A stretch of 64,000 bases of DNA from Gammaproteobacteria bacterium (GTDB lineage: Bacteria > Pseudomonadota > Gammaproteobacteria > Ga0077536): NCBI GenBank assembly GCA_021773835.1, contig JAJFJQ010000035.1, positions 183,213 through 247,212 of the forward strand. Direction: 5' to 3'. Below, piece by piece: positions 22,192 to 30,317 of the stretch (position 1 is its first letter; each line of letters starts with the position of its first letter). Both the position numbers and the translations under genes were made by a program. The notes under the pieces were generated by a model. It ran no database searches and was not told the origin of the DNA. It saw only the letters and a list, made by a program, of their open reading frames with translations.

Positions 22192-22806
22192 ATGAATATT
22201 CGTCACCTTTTCGCCGTCGGCTTAGGCGTATGTCTGGTGGCATGCGTTACGGTCAATGTCTATTTTCCAGAATCCGCGGCCGAGCGCGCCGCCGACATTT
22301 TTATCAAGGATGTTTATGGTGGCGATGAGAGCGACCATGACGGCGCATCAGCGCCAAGCGGCAGTCCGCAAGGTGCAATCGATTCCAAGGCGTCGTATCT
22401 ATTTGCCTTATCGTCTTGGGTAGGGAATATACTGATACCAAGTGCGGCCGCACAACCAATTGATATCAGTATCTCAACCCCTGGTATCAGCGCGTTGCAG
22501 AACGCTATGGAACAACGGCATCGTCAGTTGAAGGCGCACTACAACTCCGGCGCGATAGGGATGTCCGCCTCGGGATTAATAATCCTACGTGATCCCAAGC
22601 TTGTCGGGTTGCAACAGCGAAACCAGATAAAGAAACTTGTAGTCGACGAAAATGCCGATAGAAATCGACTCTATGGTGAAGTTGCCAAAGCCAATGGCCA
22701 CCCGGAATGGGAAAAAGACATTCGCGAAACGTTCGCGGCACGTTGGGTCGGCAATGCGCCCGCTGGATGGTGGTACCAAAGTGGTGGTAGTTGGAAGCAA
22801 AAGTAA
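22192..22806 (+). CDS. YdbL/DUF1318 family lipoprotein
   Basis: Lipobox LVAC, VTVNVYFP..AAERAAD, EN.DR..LY.E.A.AN and GWWYQ; ATG 22192 after a GGAGAG SD. Confidence 0.8.
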   Translation: MNIRHLFAVGLGVCLVACVTVNVYFPESAAERAADIFIKDVYGGDESDHDGASAPSGSPQGAIDSKASYLFALSSWVGNILIPSAAAQPIDISISTPGISALQNAMEQRHRQLKAHYNSGAIGMSASGLIILRDPKLVGLQQRNQIKKLVVDENADRNRLYGEVAKANGHPEWEKDIRETFAARWVGNAPAGWWYQSGGSWKQK

Positions 22807-22860
22807 GGTGACTCAATGCCCGCCGTTTAATGTCGTTTGTAACGCACTCGAGGTCTCAGC

Positions 22861-23667
22861 ATGAATGTGTTCGTGTTCGATATTGAGACGGTTCCGGATG
22901 TGGCGAGTGCGCGAAAGTTGTGGCAGATCGACGGTCTCGACGATCGCGACGTTGCCAACATCATGTTCAGTAAGCGGCAGCAAGAGACCGATGGACGTTC
23001 AGATTTCTTGCGTCACCATCTACACAAAATAGTCGCTATTTCTGCTGTTCTTCGTATCGATGACCGATTAACGGTGTGGTCGCTTGGCGAAGTTGATTCG
23101 CCTGAGGAGGAGTTGATCCGGCGTTTTTTTGAGGGCATAGAACGCTTCACCCCAGTCCTCGTATCTTGGAATGGGGGTGGGTTCGATTTGCCCGTGTTGC
23201 ACTACCGTACACTTCAACATGGGATCAGCGCGCCGCGCTACTGGGATACGGGATCCGACGATCCGAGTTTTCGCTACAATAATTACCTCGGCCGCTTTCA
23301 CTGGCGCCACATCGATTTGATGGATGTCATATCAGGCTATCAAGGCCGGGCTGTCGCGCCTTTAGACGAGATCGCGAGCTTACTCGGCTATCCGGGTAAA
23401 ATGGGCATGAGTGGGAAAGACGTCTGGCGACATTATTTAGATGGTGATGTCGGCGCGATTAGAGACTATTGTGAAACCGATGTTCTCAATACTTATCTCG
23501 TCTATTTGAGCTTCGAACGCATGCGTGGCCATCTCTTGGAGCCACAGTTCGATGCCGAGCTACAACGCCTACGAGCGTACCTTACCGACGCTAATCAAGC
23601 GCACTTTGCCCAGTTTTTAAGCGCATGGCCACTCGCCGCGGCCGTGAACGAAAGTGGAGCTGCATAG
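22861..23667 (+). CDS. PolB-type 3'-5' exonuclease-like protein
   Basis: DEDD motifs VFDIETVP, WNGGGFDLP, HIDLMD and YCETDV.NTY. Confidence 0.88.
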   Translation: MNVFVFDIETVPDVASARKLWQIDGLDDRDVANIMFSKRQQETDGRSDFLRHHLHKIVAISAVLRIDDRLTVWSLGEVDSPEEELIRRFFEGIERFTPVLVSWNGGGFDLPVLHYRTLQHGISAPRYWDTGSDDPSFRYNNYLGRFHWRHIDLMDVISGYQGRAVAPLDEIASLLGYPGKMGMSGKDVWRHYLDGDVGAIRDYCETDVLNTYLVYLSFERMRGHLLEPQFDAELQRLRAYLTDANQAHFAQFLSAWPLAAAVNESGAA

Positions 23668-23675
23668 GCTTCATA

Positions 23676-24986
23676 ATGGGACGGCAGAAAAGGCGCGAGC
23701 CGTATGTCATCAATATTGAAAATTTGTCACATGAGGGTCGTGGAATTGGGCGCCTTAACGGCAAAACTGTATTTGTCAGTGGCGCATTGCCGCAAGAGAC
23801 TGTACTAGCCCGAACAACTAAACGACGCGGTAGTTTTGATGAGGCAATTGCGCTTGAGATCCAGGTCGAAAGCGCCGATCGCATCGCGCCAAAATGTCCT
23901 CATGCAGGTGTTTGCGGCGGTTGTTCACTACAGCATTTGCCAGCTGAAAAACAAATTGAACACAAACAATCGGTTCTTTTCGAATTGCTTGCTCATCACG
24001 CAGGAGTCACCCAGTTTGTGCAGTTCCCGGCGCTCCTCGGTCCACAGTGGGGCTACCGACGCAAGGCGCGCCTTGGGGTAAAGTTCGTGCCAAAGAAGGG
24101 TGGGGCCTTAGTCGGATTCAGAGAAAAGGCTGCGCCCTACATCGCGGATATTAACGGTTGCGCCGTGCTGGATCCGGTCGTCGGGGGGAGGCTACTGGAG
24201 TTACGCCAGCTCATCGATGGATTGTCGATCCGGGATCGGATCCCTCAAATCGAAGTTGCTATCGGGGACAGCACCGCGGCCCTCGTATTTCGACATTTGG
24301 ATCCGTTTAACGACGCTGACATCGCCGCCTTCGCACAATTTCAAGAAAGTTCCGGGATCGGTATCTATTTACAACCGGGCGCTGAGAATTCGATGCATCG
24401 ACTAAACGACGCGACGGCGCTACTCAATTACAGTGTTGATGGCCTTCATTTCGACTTCTTGGCAACCGATTTCACCCAGGTCAATGGCGCAATGAACCGC
24501 GCTATGGTCAATTTGGTCCTGGAGCAATTGCAATTAAGCTCATCGGATCGTGTATTGGATTTGTTTTGCGGCCTTGGAAATTTTTCTCTACCGCTGGCGC
24601 GACCCGCCGCGCACGTGGTGGGAATTGAAGGTAGTGAAGATTTGGTATGTCGGGCACGGGAAAACGCGCTCAAGAACAACATCGATAATGTCAGTTTTCG
24701 CCGGGCGGATCTGGCTAACGCCGATGACGTAGCGAAGATAGACATGCGCGGTGTCACCAAATTGCTGCTTGATCCGCCGCGTACCGGGGCCGACGAGATA
24801 GTCAAAGGGCTCGACCTTCGGGACTTGAACCGCATCGTTTATGTCTCATGTAATCCGGTAACATTGGCCCGAGATACAAAAAGCATTCTCTCCAGCGGCG
24901 ATTTCGAACTTATTGGTGCTGGTGTTATGGACATGTTCCCGCATACGTCTCATGTTGAATCAATCGCGGTATTCGAAAATCGGTAA
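23676..24986 (+). CDS. rlmD: 23S rRNA (uracil1939-C5)-methyltransferase
   Basis: TRAM domain, CPHAGVCGGC Fe-S motif, DLFCGLGNF, DPPRTG, YVSCNP and DMFPHT.HVES. Confidence 0.96.
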   Translation: MGRQKRREPYVINIENLSHEGRGIGRLNGKTVFVSGALPQETVLARTTKRRGSFDEAIALEIQVESADRIAPKCPHAGVCGGCSLQHLPAEKQIEHKQSVLFELLAHHAGVTQFVQFPALLGPQWGYRRKARLGVKFVPKKGGALVGFREKAAPYIADINGCAVLDPVVGGRLLELRQLIDGLSIRDRIPQIEVAIGDSTAALVFRHLDPFNDADIAAFAQFQESSGIGIYLQPGAENSMHRLNDATALLNYSVDGLHFDFLATDFTQVNGAMNRAMVNLVLEQLQLSSSDRVLDLFCGLGNFSLPLARPAAHVVGIEGSEDLVCRARENALKNNIDNVSFRRADLANADDVAKIDMRGVTKLLLDPPRTGADEIVKGLDLRDLNRIVYVSCNPVTLARDTKSILSSGDFELIGAGVMDMFPHTSHVESIAVFENR

Positions 24987-26466
24987 GCGTTACGTAATTC
25001 TCATTGTTCTGGTTGCCGTAATCGGAGGATGTGGTCAAGCGAATGACGCTGCAATACGATTCGGATTAGCGACTCCTCCGGTCACACTCGATCCCCGCTA
25101 TGCTACCGATGCGACCTCGTATCGAATAATGCGGTTGATTTATCAGGCGCTAATCGATTTTGACGATAGCCATCGTGCAATACCAGCGCTAGCCACCTGG
25201 GAGGCGATTTCACCGTTACATTACCGATTCCTACTGCAGGACTCCCAACGTTTTCATGACGGCAGTACACTCGATAGCGACGACGTCATTGCGACCTATC
25301 GATCTGTGCTCGATCCGCGAACGGCGTCTCCACATCGGGGATCCCTAGCCAATATCGAATCGATCGAGGCGCCGACGCCGCTCACGGTCGATTTCTATCT
25401 CAAACAAGCCGATCCATTGTTTCCTGGCCTGCTTGTGCTTGGCATTATGCCGGCGGAGAAGGTGCGCGATACCTACGCTAGCGTGGAGCAACCGGTTGGT
25501 TCTGGACCATTTGCCGTGGAGGGGGTGCCAAAGGAGGCGCGATTACGGCTTCGTCGCCGCGCCGATGGACAATTGGTCGATTTCATTACGATTCGAGACG
25601 CGACCGTGCGTGCATTAAAAATACTGCATGGTGAGATCGATTTGATGCAAGGTTCGATGACACCTGAATTAGTCGACTGGTTGCACGGCAATAAGCATAT
25701 CGTGTCGGATCACCGACCAGGGACAACGTTTACTTACCTTGGATTCAATCTCAACGATCCATCTGTTGGTGACCTGCGGGTGCGTCGCGCAATCGCACAC
25801 GCGATCGATAGACGGTCACTAACGAAATATATGTTTGGCGATCGAGCTCGCCTCGCGCACGGAATTTTCACACCGAAGCATTGGGCTGGACATTCAAAAT
25901 TGCAAGCCGTTGATTTCGATCCTGCGCGTGCGCGTGAGCTACTCGCGGATTTGGGGTACAGCGACTCGAGACCGCTGCAATTAAGCTACAAGACGTCGAG
26001 CGACCATTTCAGGCTGCGCATTGCGACGGCGATTCAGGATCAGTTGGCCGATGTAGGGATCGAGCTTACGATATCGAGTTACGATTGGGGTACATTCTAC
26101 GCCGATGTAAAGGCCGGCAGGTTTCAACTGTACAGCCTCTCATGGGTCGGTCTTAAGCAGCCGGATATCTTTCGATATGCGTTCCATAGTTCATCTGTAC
26201 CACCGGAAGGTGCTAATCGAGGGCGCTACCACAGCGCCGCTGTCGATCAGATGATCGAGGTGGCTGAGTCGACAAAGGATCTGGCGACTCGTGCTGCTTT
26301 TTATCGGAATATTCAGCGACAGCTTCTGGTCGATTTACCCTACGTTCCACTATGGTATGAAGACACGACATTGATCGTGCGTGATTCCATTGTCGGATAT
26401 GACACCGGACTCGACGGTTATTATGATGGATTGGCGAAGACTCACAGGGTTACGACTAATGACTAA
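24952..26466 (+). CDS. Peptide/nickel ABC transporter substrate-binding protein (family 5), predicted lipoprotein
   Basis: Lipobox-like IGGC, TLDPR, FHDGS.L...DV, P.GSGPF and VRRAIAHAIDR. Confidence 0.9.
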   Translation: MLNQSRYSKIGKRYVILIVLVAVIGGCGQANDAAIRFGLATPPVTLDPRYATDATSYRIMRLIYQALIDFDDSHRAIPALATWEAISPLHYRFLLQDSQRFHDGSTLDSDDVIATYRSVLDPRTASPHRGSLANIESIEAPTPLTVDFYLKQADPLFPGLLVLGIMPAEKVRDTYASVEQPVGSGPFAVEGVPKEARLRLRRRADGQLVDFITIRDATVRALKILHGEIDLMQGSMTPELVDWLHGNKHIVSDHRPGTTFTYLGFNLNDPSVGDLRVRRAIAHAIDRRSLTKYMFGDRARLAHGIFTPKHWAGHSKLQAVDFDPARARELLADLGYSDSRPLQLSYKTSSDHFRLRIATAIQDQLADVGIELTISSYDWGTFYADVKAGRFQLYSLSWVGLKQPDIFRYAFHSSSVPPEGANRGRYHSAAVDQMIEVAESTKDLATRAAFYRNIQRQLLVDLPYVPLWYEDTTLIVRDSIVGYDTGLDGYYDGLAKTHRVTTND

Positions 26467-26944
26467 CCGTTTTGTCGAAATTTGTTTGTCAGAACAAACG
26501 CTAAACCTGTACGAACGGGACCGTGTCTTCCTGACGTTTCAGGTCTCTACCGCTGCCAACGGACCCGGCGAGCAAATGGACAGCGAGTGCACCCCGCGCG
26601 GGCGCCACGTGATCGATGAGAAAATTGGCCATGGCTGCGCTCCCAACACCGTATTTGTCGGTCGAGTTGCAACTGGCGAAATCTACGATGAAAAACTTGG
26701 TCGAATGCATCCTCGCAGAGATTGGATCCTGACTCGGATCCTGTGGTTACGCGGGCTTGAAGATGGCCGCAACAACGGCGGCAATGTCGATACCAAAGCG
26801 CGCTATATCTACATTCATGGATCGCCCGACAGTACGGCGATGGGTATCCCAGGGTCTCACGGCTGCATTCGCTTACACAATCACGATGTCACCCAGTTGT
26901 TTGATCTCGTTGAGGTTGGGACGCTAGTGAATGTCCTCGATTAA
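26459..26944 (+). CDS. YkuD / L,D-transpeptidase-family protein without a signal peptide
   Basis: Motifs TPRG.H, WILTRILWL.G.E and YIYIHGSP.....G.PGSHGCIRL (His/Cys intact); ATG 26459 overlaps the stop of the binding-protein gene. Confidence 0.9.
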   Translation: MTNRFVEICLSEQTLNLYERDRVFLTFQVSTAANGPGEQMDSECTPRGRHVIDEKIGHGCAPNTVFVGRVATGEIYDEKLGRMHPRRDWILTRILWLRGLEDGRNNGGNVDTKARYIYIHGSPDSTAMGIPGSHGCIRLHNHDVTQLFDLVEVGTLVNVLD

Positions 26945-27040
26945 GCGTTTTCTGATTTTAACATGGTTAACCATAACCTATTGATTAATAATAAAATATG
27001 TCGTTTCCGTAATCTGCTTGGAAAAAAAATTCTGCACGCG

Positions 27041-27068
27041 TGTCAACCGAAAGTCGATTGATGCGTTG
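27041..27068 (+). promoter_or_regulatory. Putative ECF-sigma promoter
   Basis: TGTCAACC...ATGCGTTG, i.e. AAC-N16-CGT, about 50 nt upstream of ATG 27116. Confidence 0.6.
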
Positions 27069-27115
27069 TTAGGGATGGAGAGATACAAAACTTCCTAATA
27101 ACGCAGGAGAACGAC

Positions 27116-27808
27116 ATGAAATCAACATCAATCATTTTGCTCGGTTTCGTCGCGGTGGCGTGTTTTCAGTCCCAAGCAATCTATGCGGATCCGGGCGACG
27201 TAATCGATGAACGTCTTGACCGGCGCGGAGACCGCATAGATGAGCGGCTGGATGCAAAGGGTGACCGGATCGAGCAGCGGCTAGACAATAAGGGTGATCG
27301 GATTGAAGACCGCTTTGATCGCAGGGCGGATCGTGCGCGGGATGCCGGAAAAGATGGCCTCGCCGATCGTCTGGAAGCGAAGGGTAATCGCATAGACAAT
27401 CGTCTGGATCGCAAGGGCGATCGAATTGAGAATCGATTGGACCGTCGTGGCGATCGGATTGATCGTCGTCTGGACCGCAAGGGTGATCGGCTCGAGCGGC
27501 GTTACGACAACCACCACGGCAACAACGATCAGGGCAACTATAATAGACCGGGCTACGACCGTGATCGCGTGGCTAATCGCATCGACAAGCGCGGCGACCG
27601 TATTGAACGGCGCGCGGACAGGCGCGGTGATCGGGTTAACCGTCGCTTGGATCGACGCTCCGATAGGGCGCTTGCCAGAGGTAACGATCGTCGCGCAGGA
27701 CGTCTTGACCGTGCCGGCGACCGCGCAAATCGACGTATCGACCGACGCGGTAAGCAGGCCAACAAGCGTCACGACCGAAGAGCGAACCGCGTTGCAAATC
27801 GGCGCTGA
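27116..27808 (+). CDS. Secreted Arg/Asp-rich 11-residue repeat protein
   Basis: AGGAG SD, Sec signal peptide (..QAIYA|DP), then repeats of G-D-R-I-D/E-x-R-L-D-R-K/R. Confidence 0.85.
   Translation: MKSTSIILLGFVAVACFQSQAIYADPGDVIDERLDRRGDRIDERLDAKGDRIEQRLDNKGDRIEDRFDRRADRARDAGKDGLADRLEAKGNRIDNRLDRKGDRIENRLDRRGDRIDRRLDRKGDRLERRYDNHHGNNDQGNYNRPGYDRDRVANRIDKRGDRIERRADRRGDRVNRRLDRRSDRALARGNDRRAGRLDRAGDRANRRIDRRGKQANKRHDRRANRVANRR
27194..27781 (+). repeat. Coding 33-nt tandem repeat units (about 13 recognisable hendecads in two modules)
   Basis: GDVIDERLDRR / GDRIDERLDAK / GDRIEQRLDNK / GDRIEDRFDRR ... GDRANRRIDRR; degenerate at the DNA level. Confidence 0.85.
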
Positions 27809-27892
27809 GGTGGCACCAATAGACGCAGGTGGGTATTGGATCCGGCATGTATAGTTGGTGATTGACCGGCGTCGGCCGACTGGAGGAACGGT

Positions 27893-28453
27893 CTGGATAA
27901 TTCGCAGGCGCTTAACAAATTCTTGGCAGGTATCGAGCGCCGCGCATTTCGGATGTCAGAAATTGCAACCGGAAATCGGGAGGATGCGCTCGATATCGTT
28001 CAAGATGCGATGATTAAGCTAGTCGACAAATATTCGGACCGCGGGCCTGACGATTGGGCACCGTTGTTCTACCGTATACTGCAGAGCCGGATATTGGATT
28101 GGCATCGGCGCACGACAGTCCGGCGGCGAGTTATGGGCTTCTTTCGTTCCGACAGTACCGAGGATACCGCAGGCGCCGACATTGAGGCTTATCCGGATAA
28201 CGAAAGTCGGCAGCCCGAGCGTCAATCGGAAAACGACCAGTTAATGCAGAGACTCGAGCCAGCGTTGGCTGCACTCCCACTGCGCCAGCAACAAGCGTTT
28301 TTAATGCGGATGTGGGAAGGGTTCGATGTGCGGCAAACCGCAACCGCGATGAGATGTTCCGAAGGAAGTGTCAAGACGCATTATTCACGTGCGCTTAAAG
28401 CGTTAAGAATGACTCTGCAAGAAGCTAACGGAGCAGACGATGAATCGAAGTAA
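27893..28453 (+). CDS. ECF RNA polymerase sigma factor (probable CTG start at 27893; track start 27923)
   Basis: Region 2 DALDIVQDAMIKL; region 4 LPLRQQQAFLMR...ETA-like...SEGSVKTHYSRA; GGAGG SD at 27882-27886. Confidence 0.9.
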   Translation: MDNSQALNKFLAGIERRAFRMSEIATGNREDALDIVQDAMIKLVDKYSDRGPDDWAPLFYRILQSRILDWHRRTTVRRRVMGFFRSDSTEDTAGADIEAYPDNESRQPERQSENDQLMQRLEPALAALPLRQQQAFLMRMWEGFDVRQTATAMRCSEGSVKTHYSRALKALRMTLQEANGADDESK

Positions 28454-28781
28454 CGAGACGCTCGTCGAGCAATGGCGCGAAGTGCTCGATACCGACGCGG
28501 AAAACATCGATGCGCGAACAGTTGCTCGACTGGCGCAGATTCGACGCAATGCAGTTTCGCGGCGCGACGTCCGGTCTACGCTACCACGATTCGCCCCTGC
28601 GATTGCTTTCGCGACGTCGGCGATTATGCTCGCGATCTTGTTACGCGTACCTGACGGATCGATACATGTATTAGACCCCGACGTTGTAATTTTCGAAATC
28701 GTTCTAGCTGACAGTGACCTCGAACTGATCGAAGATCTAGAGTTCTACCGCTGGCTGGATGCCAATGGAAACGCGGGGTAG
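28440..28781 (+). CDS. Putative membrane anti-sigma factor (DUF3619-like)
   Basis: ARLAQIRRNA helix, one TM segment, C-terminal DLELIEDLEFYRWL; overlaps the sigma stop. Confidence 0.75.
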   Translation: MNRSNETLVEQWREVLDTDAENIDARTVARLAQIRRNAVSRRDVRSTLPRFAPAIAFATSAIMLAILLRVPDGSIHVLDPDVVIFEIVLADSDLELIEDLEFYRWLDANGNAG

Positions 28782-28992
28782 TCGCTCATGGGCGCTTTTC
28801 TGTGTCGCTGTTTTTTTCTTGGCCAGCGCTGCTGCAGAGGAGTTTCCGGAGCTAGAGTTGCTCGAGTATCTGGCCGACTGGCAGGACGCGGATGGCGCCG
28901 TACTCGATCCAAGAATGTTCGACGACGACCCGCGTGCAGAGCCCGTGCCGGCGTCCGAAGACATGTCGAGAGTTCCCGATGCGTTTGAGTAG
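28765..28992 (+). CDS. Small exported acidic protein
   Basis: Signal peptide ending AAA|EE; mature part acidic (PELELLEYLADWQDADG..LDP); overlaps both neighbours. Confidence 0.65.
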   Translation: METRGSRSWALFCVAVFFLASAAAEEFPELELLEYLADWQDADGAVLDPRMFDDDPRAEPVPASEDMSRVPDAFE

Positions 28993-29608
28993 CGCAATCT
29001 TGTTCGTAGTGATCAGTTACGTCGGCTCTTGTCTGGCCGCTGACCCCAAATCGATCCCGTGGGCGGACCTCGGCGGCGAGGAGCAAAGGATCCTTGGGAA
29101 AGCGCAACCGAACTGGGACGACTACTCGGTAGAGCGTCAGCAAAAGTTGCTCGCCGGCGCACGAAAATGGAAGTCGCTTTCACACCCAGAGCGACAGACG
29201 ATGGAACGCAATTTGGCCAAGCTCAAGCAGATGGAGCCGGCGCGTCGAAAACAGGTATTACAGCGTTTGCAGCGATTTAAGTCATTGCCGGCCAAAGAGC
29301 GCGCGCGACTACGTGAATCCTTCCGCGCTTACAAGCGACTACCTACCGAGCGACGCCAGGAATTGCGACAGAAATGGCGCAAGAAAACCCCGGCAGAACG
29401 TCAAAGGTTTCGGAGCGAATGGAAACGTAAGCGATTAGATCGCCGCCGCGATGTCAATAATCAACGTAGAGATAGACCCGGTGTAATCCGTGATCGCCAA
29501 CGCCCCAATGATACTCCGCGCAAACGTTGGCAGCGGCAGGGGAAGCGGAGTGATTCTAAGGCGCGGCAGCAGCGTAATCGGGCACGAGGCGGGGTCCGGA
29601 AAGACTAA
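28979..29608 (+). CDS. DUF3106-like exported basic helical-repeat protein
   Basis: Signal peptide; five 18-residue W/F/Y-x-x-L-x-x-x-(E/R)-R/Q repeats then 15-mers; basic low-complexity tail. Confidence 0.78.
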   Translation: MRLSSAILFVVISYVGSCLAADPKSIPWADLGGEEQRILGKAQPNWDDYSVERQQKLLAGARKWKSLSHPERQTMERNLAKLKQMEPARRKQVLQRLQRFKSLPAKERARLRESFRAYKRLPTERRQELRQKWRKKTPAERQRFRSEWKRKRLDRRRDVNNQRRDRPGVIRDRQRPNDTPRKRWQRQGKRSDSKARQQRNRARGGVRKD

Positions 29609-29643
29609 TTACGATTAGGTCCCGTGATTCGGTTCAATTGAGA

Positions 29644-30147
29644 TTACGGATCCGTGCCGCCAGACGATTGTTGCACCAGGTGCTTAGCAAAGCGTTTTAT
29701 TTGCAGATCGTATAGCGCCAGCTCGCCGCCGGTTTTTATCGCCGCAATTGCGAGTCTGCCGACTAGCATGAGGAGCAAGATCCCAATCACCCACGCAACG
29801 AAATACGATAGGCGAAAACCCAATGCGTCATTCACCTCGCGGAGGCGAGCGCTACTCGCCAATCTTGCTTCCTCGGAGTCGCTAGATGAATCTGCAGCTC
29901 GGGGCTTTTCAGCCGCCGAGAGTGCCTTGTCCAGGTTGGAGCCTTTTTCGATCGCGCGCGCGAGCCGCTCGATGTTCTGCGGTTGCTGATAGAGGGACCA
30001 AGCTTCGTTAATTACCTTTAACCCGATCCATAAGCCGACGAACATCAAGATAAATCCGACGATTCGTACAATGAGCTGGGTTATTTGTGTGGTGTTGTCT
30101 AACCAACGATTCTCTTGGTCAACATCGTCGAATTGATAGCGGGCCAC
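29644..30147 (-). CDS. Hypothetical two-TM membrane protein
   Basis: 167-aa ORF with two clear hydrophobic helices flanking a soluble loop; fills the gap between the ECF cassette and the permeases. Confidence 0.7.
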   Translation of the reverse strand: MARYQFDDVDQENRWLDNTTQITQLIVRIVGFILMFVGLWIGLKVINEAWSLYQQPQNIERLARAIEKGSNLDKALSAAEKPRAADSSSDSEEARLASSARLREVNDALGFRLSYFVAWVIGILLLMLVGRLAIAAIKTGGELALYDLQIKRFAKHLVQQSSGGTDP

Positions 30148-30317
30148 TGATTATTCCCTGTGGAGTTGAAAAAAGAGCGGGCCAACTCTATCACAGCTAT
30201 AGGCGATCGACTCAAGAAATGACGTCGTCGGTGGTAGTCCAAGCTTAGTTTTGCTGGGCATGGCTGTTCGAGATAAGCTCTACGGGTGCTGCCTGACGAA
30301 TCGTTGCTCAAATCACC

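Noticed and set aside
26956-26983. Partial XerD-arm match (TTTAACAT) suggesting a dif-like site
   Set aside because: There is no XerC arm at the 6-bp spacing.
27181-27854. Long alternative-frame and antisense ORFs over the repeat gene
   Set aside because: They are by-products of the Arg/Asp/Gly codon repeats (stop-poor shadows) and have no SD or independent features.
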